Made by a program: the position numbers and the translations under genes. This document shows positions 34,884 through 43,900 of a DNA stretch of 64,000 nucleotides, piece by piece. The stretch covers positions 9,458 to 73,457 of the forward strand of contig CAZHUS010000006.1 in NCBI GenBank assembly GCA_964535555.1, read 5' to 3'. Each line of letters opens with the position of its first letter. Within the stretch, counting starts at the first letter, position 1. Below the pieces are notes generated by a model. That model worked only from the letters and a program-made list of their open reading frames with translations, did no database searches and was not told where the DNA came from. The DNA is from an uncultured Verrucomicrobiota bacterium (lineage in GTDB: Bacteria > Verrucomicrobiota > Verrucomicrobiia > Limisphaerales > J093).

Positions 34884-35770
34884 AGATCTGCATCGCATCG
34901 TCGCGTTGGCCCGTTGCGGGTGAGCCCGGTCCGCTTGCTCACGGCGCGGAAGTTGTCGCGCGGGGGACACCCGCGTGCCGGAATCCCGTGCTGGCGTCGG
35001 GTGCAGGCGGCAGCACGCGGGCGACCGCCGCCTTCACCATGGTGGAGATCGCGATCAGCATTGCGATCGTCGCCTTTGCCCTGGTCGCGATCATCGGCGT
35101 CCTGCCGACGGGCTTCGACGTTCAGCGCCAGAACCGCGAGAACACGATCATCAACCAGGAGGGGAACCTCTGGATGGAAGCGTTGCGCGGGGGGGCGTGG
35201 GGCATGGATTACCTGACCAACCACGTGGATGTGATCAACATCCCGGGCATTCCCGTCCCCGGTCAACAGCCGCCCCGTGCGTTCGGGACGACCAACGGCT
35301 TTCGGAACGGAAGGGACATCGTCGGCCTCCTCACCCAGCCAGTGGCGATCGACGGACGGAGGATCTACGAACGGCCTGTCACTGCCTTTGTGCGCGCCAT
35401 CACCGGGTCGGCCGGAGAAAAGTCAGCCAAGAACGACTTCGCGTTCACCTATCGCATGACGACCGAGCTGCGACCCTTCACCTCGATTGCGCCCGCACAG
35501 ACCAATTGGACCGAGCCGGGGATAACCCCCTACGAGCAACACGTCCGCTCCAACTTGTGGATAAAGTCCCGCGCGATGCAGGCCACCACGTACGAGTTGA
35601 GCCTCGCCCTCGAGTGGCCTGTCTACCTGATGAACAACCAGACCCGGATCGGGAACAACCGCAAGCTGTTCCGTACCCTCGTGAGCGGGAGTCTGGCTTC
35701 CACCAACGATCATCGCCTGGGCGTGCTTCACTGGCTGCAGCCTCTCGGCGGCCACGCCTTCCAGCCATGA
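34880..35770 (+). CDS. GspI-like minor pseudopilin (up to 296 aa)
   Basis: AAFTMVEIAISIAIVAFALVAIIGVLP. ATG 34880 forms an ATGA overlap with the upstream stop. An in-frame GTG 15 codons before the motif is an alternative start. Confidence 0.6.
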   Translation: MKICIASSRWPVAGEPGPLAHGAEVVARGTPACRNPVLASGAGGSTRATAAFTMVEIAISIAIVAFALVAIIGVLPTGFDVQRQNRENTIINQEGNLWMEALRGGAWGMDYLTNHVDVINIPGIPVPGQQPPRAFGTTNGFRNGRDIVGLLTQPVAIDGRRIYERPVTAFVRAITGSAGEKSAKNDFAFTYRMTTELRPFTSIAPAQTNWTEPGITPYEQHVRSNLWIKSRAMQATTYELSLALEWPVYLMNNQTRIGNNRKLFRTLVSGSLASTNDHRLGVLHWLQPLGGHAFQP

Positions 35771-36909
35771 ACGCTCCCCGCTTCAGCTGCCCCTGCGCTT
35801 TCGGCGCTATCCAGGAACTGCCAGCAGGTAGGGCGGGCACTCCGTTGCCCGCCGAGACCGGCGCTCAAGGGATGGGGCGCCCTGCGCAGAACTGCCGACT
35901 TCAGTCGGCAGGAACCCGCGCCGGCCGGGGCACGTCCCAGCGGGCCAGAGCCCGCCTCCAGGCCTTCACCCTGCTCGAGGTCCTCGTCGCCGTGGGGATC
36001 ATGGGCATCATCGTGGCGGCCCTGTACACCGTCTTCAACCACACCCAACGAGCGCTCCGCGCCAACGCCAACCAGACGGATGTGATGGAAGGCGGACGCT
36101 TCGCCATGGCGCTGCTGACGACCGACCTCCGTTCGCTCACCGCGGCCGGTCTGGCTCCCGAAACCAATTTCATCTCGTCATTGAGCCCCGCCGTGGGCAT
36201 CCCAATGCTCAGTGCCCTCGGGAACGATCTCTACCGGCGATATTACACCACCAATGCTCCCGGTAGCTGGAGCGGGTACCTGCCCGTGATCCAGAGACTG
36301 AACACGGGAACCGAATGGCGGACCAATAGGCTGGAAGAGTTCTTCCTCCACACCCGAACAGGGGCGCGCTCGGCCGGCGTGGTTTACCGGGTCATTGATG
36401 CTCAGGGCGGCGTGGGGACGCTGGCCCGCTTCTCCTTCGAACACACGAACCGGTTCGTGTTGCCCGGGACGCTCTCCCGGGCATGCCTGATGCAGCCCGC
36501 CGCGAATTTCGCCCAGGTGCTGGATGGCGTGGTGCACTTCCGCGTCCAGGCCTACGATCCCCTCGGGTATCCAATGTCGTGGTGGAATAGCGCCTGGTAC
36601 AACACCTCCACCAACGGGTATGGGCTCCACGGTTATCGGCTCGGTTTCGATCTGGTGCTCGACCCGGATCCACGTCTGGTGAGCACCACCCTTGCCATGT
36701 TCCGCAGCAACGCCCTGCCAGCCGCCATCGAGATCGAAATCGGAGTGCTCGAACCCGAGTCGCTCGCGCAGTTTAGAGCCTTGCCCGACGGCTCGCCCTT
36801 CGCCGAACGGTTTCTGTCGAATCGCGCGGCCCAGGTCCAACTCTTCCGCCAGCGCATCCCCATCTGGCAGGCGCCTCCCCTCCAGTCCGCTCAGTCTCTC
36901 CGGCCATGA
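35767..36909 (+). CDS. GspJ/PulJ-like minor pseudopilin (up to 380 aa)
   Basis: QAFTLLEVLVAVGIMGIIVAALYTVF...GGRFAMALLTTDLRS. ATG 35767 forms an ATGA overlap. The only other canonical in-frame start is ATG 35872. Confidence 0.6.
   Translation: MNAPRFSCPCAFGAIQELPAGRAGTPLPAETGAQGMGRPAQNCRLQSAGTRAGRGTSQRARARLQAFTLLEVLVAVGIMGIIVAALYTVFNHTQRALRANANQTDVMEGGRFAMALLTTDLRSLTAAGLAPETNFISSLSPAVGIPMLSALGNDLYRRYYTTNAPGSWSGYLPVIQRLNTGTEWRTNRLEEFFLHTRTGARSAGVVYRVIDAQGGVGTLARFSFEHTNRFVLPGTLSRACLMQPAANFAQVLDGVVHFRVQAYDPLGYPMSWWNSAWYNTSTNGYGLHGYRLGFDLVLDPDPRLVSTTLAMFRSNALPAAIEIEIGVLEPESLAQFRALPDGSPFAERFLSNRAAQVQLFRQRIPIWQAPPLQSAQSLRP
35815..35857 (+). repeat. GC-rich hairpin repeat, copy 1
   Basis: GAACTGCCAGCAGGTAGGGCGGGCACTCCGTTGCCCGCCGA, with the internal stem GGCGGGCA / TGCCCGCC. 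Near-identical to 36936-36978. Confidence 0.8.
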
Positions 36910-39900
36910 AGTTCCAGGCACGCGATTCCTTCTGTGAACTGCCAGCAGGTGGGGCGGGCACTCTGTTGCCCGCCGAATTGGGCGCGCCGAGGGCTTCGCG
37001 ACCCACTTTGGACGGCCGGGGCATGGCCCCGCTGCGCCCCGGTCTGCGCGGCGTCCCGACGTTCCATGAACCTGCCCAGGAGCGCGGACTTCAGTCCGCA
37101 GGAAGCCATGCCGGCGCAGGGAGGTTCCTGCGGGCTGAAGCCCGCGCTCCTCACAGGGTCGGGTTCGCTCCGCCGCTCCGCGGGGATCCGACCGCGTCCG
37201 GGGAGCGCGGGGTGGTTCTGGTCATCACGTTGGTGATGCTCTCGGTGGTTACTTTCATGGCGATCACCTTCCTCGCCGTCAGCCGCCGCGAACGCGCGGC
37301 GGTCACGGTGGTCGAGGACCAGAGCCGGGCCCGCGCCATGGCGGAGGCTGCGGTGGCTCGCAGCCAGGCGGAGATCGTCTCCCGGGTGATCGCGTCGAGC
37401 AACCTGCTCGACTACAGCTTCATCGTCTCCACCAATTTCATCAGCCCTTACGGCTTCAACGCCGGGCTGCCGCAGGTCCTGCCGAACCCCACGAACGTCA
37501 ATTACGAGCGCATCCTCGGCGGAGGGCCGATGGCGGCAAACGACAACAACTGGCTCCGGAACATCGCCAACCTGCAGTACGACCCGCGACCGCCGGTCTT
37601 CATCGCGATGACCAATGACAACCGGGTGCCTCTGGACTTCCGGTTCTATCTCGACCTGAACCGCAACGGCCGGTTCGAGTCCAATGGCCCGCTCCCGGAA
37701 TTGTCCGCCGACGGTCGTTGGCTGAACACGAACGGGTTGATCTGGCGGCCGGGCGAGTTTGTGCTCAGCAACTTCTTCGTGGGGGACCCGGAGTGGATCG
37801 GGGTGTTGCAGCAGCCGGGTTACCCGCATTCACCCACGAACCGGTTCATCGGCCGGATGGCTTTCCTGCTGCAGCCGGCAGGCAAGAGCCTTGATCTCAA
37901 TTTCATGGGCAACCACACCTTGCGGCTGAACGACACCCGGCTGCAACTGGACGGCTTCTATCGGAACCAGGGCGTGGGCTCCTGGGAGTTGAACCTCGCG
38001 GCCTTGCTGCGCGACCTGAACACGAACGTCACGGACTTCTACAACTATCGTGGCCTGGCTGGCCCGGCGACCGGCACCGCCGCGGAAGATTCGCTCTCGA
38101 TTCTGCGCTACCGATACGGCTCCGACCTCCAGAACCTCCTGCCGTTCGCCTTGCTTTATGGACCGCAGGCCGCCAGTTCGTTCCAGGTCGACCTGATCGA
38201 TGGCTACAGCGACGGACCCGCCTTCACCGCCACGAACGTGCTCGGGCTTGCGACCGACGACGATCTTACGCCGCAGAACAAGCCGTGGGCCGGCAGTGAC
38301 AACGCCCGCTCGTACGTGGATCTGCAAGAGCTGTTCGACACGAACAAGGTGATCCGCTCGGCCAGCGGTGGCGGCCCGGTGTGGCCGGCGCGGATGCTGC
38401 TCGCCCAGAACAGCCTCTCTTCCTACAACCGGTACACGTACTACCGGATGCTCGCCCAGGTCGGGGTTGACTCCGCCCCCGGCGAGAACGGCAAGGTCAA
38501 CCTCAACTACAACAACGTCCCTCCGTACGCCTCGACGAACTTCGTCCCGTGGACCCCGACCGAGTTCTTCGAGGCGGCCGCGAACCGGCTCCTGGTCGCC
38601 GCCCGGCGTACCAACGTCGTGCGGGCTGGAAACAATCTGTACACGAACTTCTATGTCGGCAGCACCCTGGTCCGGCCGGGCATGTCGCTGACGAACATCC
38701 TGCTGTACCCCTACAACGAGTATTCCAGCGAAGTGCATCGGCTGTTCCAGCTTGCCGTCAACCTTTACGACGCCAGCACCAACCGCCAGGACACGGCGTA
38801 TCCGCACCTCCCCACCGTCTTCCGGCCGCTGTTCGGGACCGACGACCAGGCCGTTTTCATCAAGGGCTACGAGCTGGTTACCAACGCCACCGAGATCCTT
38901 ACCGAGCGGATTCTCAGCCTGAACGTGCCGGCCCACCGGGACGTGCTGCGCAGCACGCCGAGGGCGATCGTGTACGACGTTCCCTTTATCATCGGAGCCA
39001 AGAAGGGACTGCCGAACTTCAACGAATTCTCGCTCCGCAACGTCGCCCAGCTCACGCGCAAGCTCGAGGTGCGCAAGCGCACGCCTGCCGATGTGATGCC
39101 CTACCAGACCAACCTGATGTACCTGGTGACGCTCACGAACCAGTTCGGCGTCGAGCTCTGGAATTCCTATACGAACGACTTCCCGCGCCCGTTGCGGGTC
39201 CATGTCGTGGGCAGCTTCTCCCTCGCCTTGATCGACGGGCTTCGTACCAACATCCCGCTTGCCTGGACGAACCTCCCCTACAGCACCAATTTCGGCGTCA
39301 ACACCTGGGTCTCGAATCGCTTTGTGCTCCCGGTCGCCCGCCCGGTCAGCCTCGCCAACTCGATGGCGTACTCGCAGGTGCCGCTCGGTCTCACACCCAC
39401 GACCGTGAACACGCCGTTCGTCACGGGCCGCGGTTACTACCTCCCGGAGTGGACCCTCCAGGGAACCAACAGCTTCATTTGCGCCATCCTCGACGAGCGG
39501 ACCGGCAACCTCGTGGACTTCGTCAACATCGGCAACATGCGGTCGGTCATGAACATCTCCCGCGAACTCGGTGGCCGGCGGCAGTCCGCGACTCCGGGAC
39601 TCGCGCCGCAGCTGGCCAATGTTTGGGACACGAACCGCGTCGGTGGCGTCAACAGTCTCAATGTCCCCATGGTCGGCATCGAGAACCAGATGCAGATCGC
39701 ACTCGGCAATACGACCGTGAGCGACGCCGAGTGGCGCAGTTACAGTCAGATGAGCGCCGAGGGCCAGGACAAGCAGAAGGGCATTGATCGCTTCCGGGTC
39801 TTCAACGGCCTCACGCCGCTGTACTTCACGAGCGATCTCGAGCGGCGCCAGCTCGCGAACGAACTGGCGGGACGTACCGCGGTCCAGGCCCCCTTCTCGC

Positions 39901-40976
39901 CGACTCAGAAGCTGTACCAGGACACCGCCTGGCAGGCGAACGACCCGTTGGTGCACTACCTCGTGCAGGACCTTCTCGATCCCACCAACCGGCCGGACGA
40001 TCCCAACCGCACCAACACCGTCCGCTTCGCCATCCCGCCCACCGCGGTGCTGACCAATTCGAACCTCGGCGCCGTCAACGAGCGGTACGCCCCGTGGGGC
40101 GGCAATCCGAATCTCACTCCGGGTGTCCGGGCCTACGACAACCGCGTCAAAGACCCGTACATCAGCCGCCCGGACGACTGGCAGTTCCCGACCAACAAGT
40201 TCCCCAGTCTTGGCTGGATCGGGCGGGTGCACCGCGGCACGCCCTGGCAGACCGTGTACCTGAAGTCGGGTGTCATCTCGGCGCGCGAATGGCTGGGCTG
40301 GTCCGGCAGTCCGGGCACGCATCCCACCAACGACTGGCCCCTCATCGAATCGTTCACGGTCGCGGCCAACGAAAACGCTGCCCGCGGCCTGCTCTCGGTG
40401 AACCAGACCAACCTCGCCGCGTGGTCCGCGGTGCTCAGCGGCGTGTCGGTATTGAGCAATCTGACCCCGGCCAACATTGCCCTGGGCGGGCTGCAGCCGG
40501 AATTCCAGGAAGTCATTATCCAGCCGGACGGTCCCGCCGGGCTGACGCATTACCCGCAGCTCCGCCGCATCGTGGACGGCATCAACCGCACGCGCCTGTC
40601 GGAAGTGACGAACAACCAACAGTCCGTGCCCGTCTTCAACCGGTTGGGGCGGATCCTGGCTACGCCCGAACTGACCGTCGCTTCGCCCTTCCTGAACCCG
40701 AGCAATGTGGTGAACGACATGGTCCTCGAGCGCATTCCCCAACAGATTCTCTCGCTCATTCGCGAGGATGAACCGCGCTTCGTCGTCTACGCCTTCGGGC
40801 AGTCGCTTCGGGAGGCGCCCAATTCGCTCTTCCTCCAGGCCGGCAGCTTCAACCGGCTCTGCACCAACTACCAGATCACGGCGGAATACGCCGCCAAGGC
40901 GGTCATTCGGATCGAGGGCTCTCCGCTCAGTCCGCGCGCCGTCATCGAGAGCTATCGAGAACTGCCTGCGCACTAG
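36906..40976 (+). CDS. Giant GspK/PilX-like pseudopilin-family protein (up to 1356 aa)
   Basis: ATGA overlap with the upstream gene. Hydrophobic anchor GVVLVITLVMLSVVTFMAITFLAVSRRE followed by AMAEAAVARSQAEI (PilX_N/GspK-like). The body is rich in N, Y, F, T and W, typical of secreted proteins. The first ~100 codons are doubtful (alternative starts ATG 37023, GTG 37212). Confidence 0.6.
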   Translation: MKFQARDSFCELPAGGAGTLLPAELGAPRASRPTLDGRGMAPLRPGLRGVPTFHEPAQERGLQSAGSHAGAGRFLRAEARAPHRVGFAPPLRGDPTASGERGVVLVITLVMLSVVTFMAITFLAVSRRERAAVTVVEDQSRARAMAEAAVARSQAEIVSRVIASSNLLDYSFIVSTNFISPYGFNAGLPQVLPNPTNVNYERILGGGPMAANDNNWLRNIANLQYDPRPPVFIAMTNDNRVPLDFRFYLDLNRNGRFESNGPLPELSADGRWLNTNGLIWRPGEFVLSNFFVGDPEWIGVLQQPGYPHSPTNRFIGRMAFLLQPAGKSLDLNFMGNHTLRLNDTRLQLDGFYRNQGVGSWELNLAALLRDLNTNVTDFYNYRGLAGPATGTAAEDSLSILRYRYGSDLQNLLPFALLYGPQAASSFQVDLIDGYSDGPAFTATNVLGLATDDDLTPQNKPWAGSDNARSYVDLQELFDTNKVIRSASGGGPVWPARMLLAQNSLSSYNRYTYYRMLAQVGVDSAPGENGKVNLNYNNVPPYASTNFVPWTPTEFFEAAANRLLVAARRTNVVRAGNNLYTNFYVGSTLVRPGMSLTNILLYPYNEYSSEVHRLFQLAVNLYDASTNRQDTAYPHLPTVFRPLFGTDDQAVFIKGYELVTNATEILTERILSLNVPAHRDVLRSTPRAIVYDVPFIIGAKKGLPNFNEFSLRNVAQLTRKLEVRKRTPADVMPYQTNLMYLVTLTNQFGVELWNSYTNDFPRPLRVHVVGSFSLALIDGLRTNIPLAWTNLPYSTNFGVNTWVSNRFVLPVARPVSLANSMAYSQVPLGLTPTTVNTPFVTGRGYYLPEWTLQGTNSFICAILDERTGNLVDFVNIGNMRSVMNISRELGGRRQSATPGLAPQLANVWDTNRVGGVNSLNVPMVGIENQMQIALGNTTVSDAEWRSYSQMSAEGQDKQKGIDRFRVFNGLTPLYFTSDLERRQLANELAGRTAVQAPFSPTQKLYQDTAWQANDPLVHYLVQDLLDPTNRPDDPNRTNTVRFAIPPTAVLTNSNLGAVNERYAPWGGNPNLTPGVRAYDNRVKDPYISRPDDWQFPTNKFPSLGWIGRVHRGTPWQTVYLKSGVISAREWLGWSGSPGTHPTNDWPLIESFTVAANENAARGLLSVNQTNLAAWSAVLSGVSVLSNLTPANIALGGLQPEFQEVIIQPDGPAGLTHYPQLRRIVDGINRTRLSEVTNNQQSVPVFNRLGRILATPELTVASPFLNPSNVVNDMVLERIPQQILSLIREDEPRFVVYAFGQSLREAPNSLFLQAGSFNRLCTNYQITAEYAAKAVIRIEGSPLSPRAVIESYRELPAH
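36936..36978 (+). repeat. GC-rich hairpin repeat, copy 2
   Basis: GAACTGCCAGCAGGTGGGGCGGGCACTCTGTTGCCCGCCGA. The two differences from copy 1 fall in the 5' flank and the loop, not in the stem. Confidence 0.8.
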
Positions 40977-40990
40977 CGCTTCCCCGGCGT

Positions 40991-43900
40991 ATGAGATCCA
41001 GATTTTGGTCCGTCATCAGTGTCCTGGCGTTCGTCGCCGCAATCCTGTGCTGGCTCGAGGGCGACCGGCGTCGCGCGGCCAACGCGCCGCCCGTGGCGCC
41101 TGCATCGGCTGCGCCCGCCCCGGCCACCAATGAGCCCGGGGCCGGCGCCGCGGCCCCGCAGGGCGTTCGGCTCCTCAGCAATCCCGGCATCCTGATGCGC
41201 CAGCCTGCGGTGGTCACCGCCACTTCGGGAGGGCCTGCCCCCGCCGCCTCTCCGGACGCCCTCCTGCCGATGCGTCTGCGCAACGTCGATGCGCCCCTCG
41301 GTGAGTTGAGCCGCCGGGACACCGCCGTGTTGCTGCGCAATGCCCTCATCGACACGGCAGGCCAGGAACCGTTGGACGTTCCCGCCGTGCTTCGATCCAC
41401 GGACGCGCCCGGCGCGTACATCGTCCAGGCCCGTGGCAACACCACCGACGGCCTTCGGGAGCGGATTCGCGCCGCCGGCGGGCGCCTGGTTTCGTACGTT
41501 CCCAACAATGCCTACCTGGTTCGCCTGTCGCCCGCGGGCGCAGCCGAGCTCCAGGATATCGCCCAGGCGGTGTTGCCCTTTGACCCTTACTTCAAGCTCG
41601 AGCCCGGTCTGCTGAAACCCGCCCTCGAGGGAACGCCTCCCGATGAAGGCGCGCTCCTGTTGATCACCGGGTACGCCGAAGATCGTGATGCGACCCTGGA
41701 ATCGCTTCAAGGGCTCGGCGCTGCGGTGCTGGTCGAAGGCCGCGGCAATGTCGGCTTTGGGCCCGAACCCCAGTTCCTGGTCGACCCGCGAGGGGCCTCT
41801 TTCGCCGCGTTGGCCGGACTGGCCGGCGTGCAGCTGATTGAAGCGTCCCACGAGCGGTCGTTGCTCGTGGACCTCACGCGCGAACGGTTGGGCGTGGCGC
41901 TGGACACCGTCACCCTTACCAACCACCTCGGCCTCACCGGCAGCAACGTGTGGGTGAATGTCAACGACACGGGCATTTGGGGCGACCACCCCGACCTCGA
42001 GGGGCGCGTCTTTGCCCATGGCACGAATCTCCTGGAGGACCCCTACGGCCACGGCACTCACGTCGCCGGGATTATTGCCAGCACCGGCGCCAACGGCCCC
42101 ACCGGCACCAACGTCCCGCCGGGTTCGCTGACGAACGCCACCTTCCGCGGCTTTGCCACCAACGCCAGCCTGTTCGTCCTGCCGGTGGATCCCGTGACCG
42201 GGCCGCTGGTGTCCGACACCTTCCTTCAGGAGGTCGCCGCCGCCACGAACTACAACACCCTGGAACGGACCAACGCCCTGATCTCGAACAACAGCTGGGG
42301 ATACGCGCGGGCCTTCGAATACAACTCCGCCGCCGCCAGCTACGACGCGGCGGTGCGCGACTCCCTTCCCGACCAGACCGGGTCGCAGCCCGTGATGTAT
42401 GTCTTTGCCGCGGGGAACGCGGGATTCGGCAACAACGTGGGCAGCGGTGGCTTTCCCGGCAGCATCACTTCGCCCGGCACGGCGAAGAACGTGATCACGG
42501 TCGGTGCTGTGGAGAATCTCCGCGAGATCACGCTGGAGGTGGTGAGCACCAACCAGGTCACCAACATCGTGGATGGCGAATTCGTGGTCACCAACGTGGT
42601 CGAGACGAACCAGATCCCGATCGAGATCTCCGACAGCAATGACGAGATCGCCGCTTTCTCCAGCCGTGGCAACGTCGGGTTGGGTGTCGAAGGAGACCGG
42701 GGGCGGTTCAAGCCGGACCTGGTGGCCCCGGGTGTCTTCATCGCCTCGACGCGCGCGACCAACTGGACCGTCGATTTCATCCGCACCAACTCGACCGTCT
42801 TCACCTATCCGGCCCAGGTGGTGCAGCCCGAGGATTGGAACAACTACAGCATCCAGGTTCCCGCGCTGGCGAAGCGCTTGACGATCTCCACGGTTCCCGA
42901 GCCGGCTTCCCCCGACCCCTTCCCCGCACTCCGCATTTACACGCTCTACGGCGCGCCGCCCACTCCGGCCGATCTTCAGGGTACGGGTGAGGTGGTGATC
43001 GACGACCCGCAGGAAGGCCCCTGGTATTATGCCGTCGAGAATCCCACGCAGACGCCGGTCACGTTCACGCTTCGAGTGAGGATCGACGTGCAGATCGACT
43101 CCGACGATTACCTGGACCTGATCACGGACATCAACGAGCCGCTCGAGCCGTATTACCGTTTCGACACCGGCACCAGCGCTTCCGCCGCCGCCGTTTCCGG
43201 GATGCTGGCCTTGATGCAGGAGTTCTTCGAGCGCCAGATCGAGCAGCCGTACAGCCCGGCCTTGATGAAGGCCCTGCTCATCAACGGGGCGCGTTCGGTC
43301 AGCCCGCTCTACAACCTGGAAGTCCGCTCCCAGGTGAATTACCAGGGCTGGGGCCTGCCCCTGTTCACGAACGTCCTGCCCGCCACGATCACCAACAACC
43401 TCGAGAAACTGGAGGAATGGCCGCTGCGATGGGTGGACCAGCATCCCACCAATGCCCTCGCCACCGGCGAGACCCATGCTTACGACCTCGAGGTTCCCAC
43501 CAACGCCATCCTTTCGGATCTGCGCGTAACGCTCGTTTGGACCGACCCGCCCGGCAACCCGGCGGCTTCGATCAAGCTGGTCAACGACCTCGACTTGGTG
43601 GTGTCGAACAAGACCACGGGAACCTGGTACTTCGGCAACGACATCCCCGCCTCCAGCGACTACAACCGGCCCAACACCACCAATGAAATCGTCGGGCTCC
43701 CGGACAACATCAACAACGTCGAAAACGTCTTCCTTCGGCAGCCCATCGACACCAACTACACCGTCCTTGTCAGCGCCCGCCGCGTCAATGTGAACGCCGT
43801 CACGGCGCACACCAACGGCATCGTCCAGGATTACGCGCTCGTCATGTCGGTGGGTGGGACCAACGCGCTGAAGCTTACGCCTCAGACCCCGGTCGCCACC

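Noticed and set aside
34460-35766. ORF-track extensions 34460..34879 and 34975..35766, upstream of the I-like and J-like pseudopilin genes.
   Set aside because: They overlap the preceding pseudopilin genes out of frame. The in-frame ATGs that form ATGA junctions (34880, 35767) are the furthest-upstream plausible starts.
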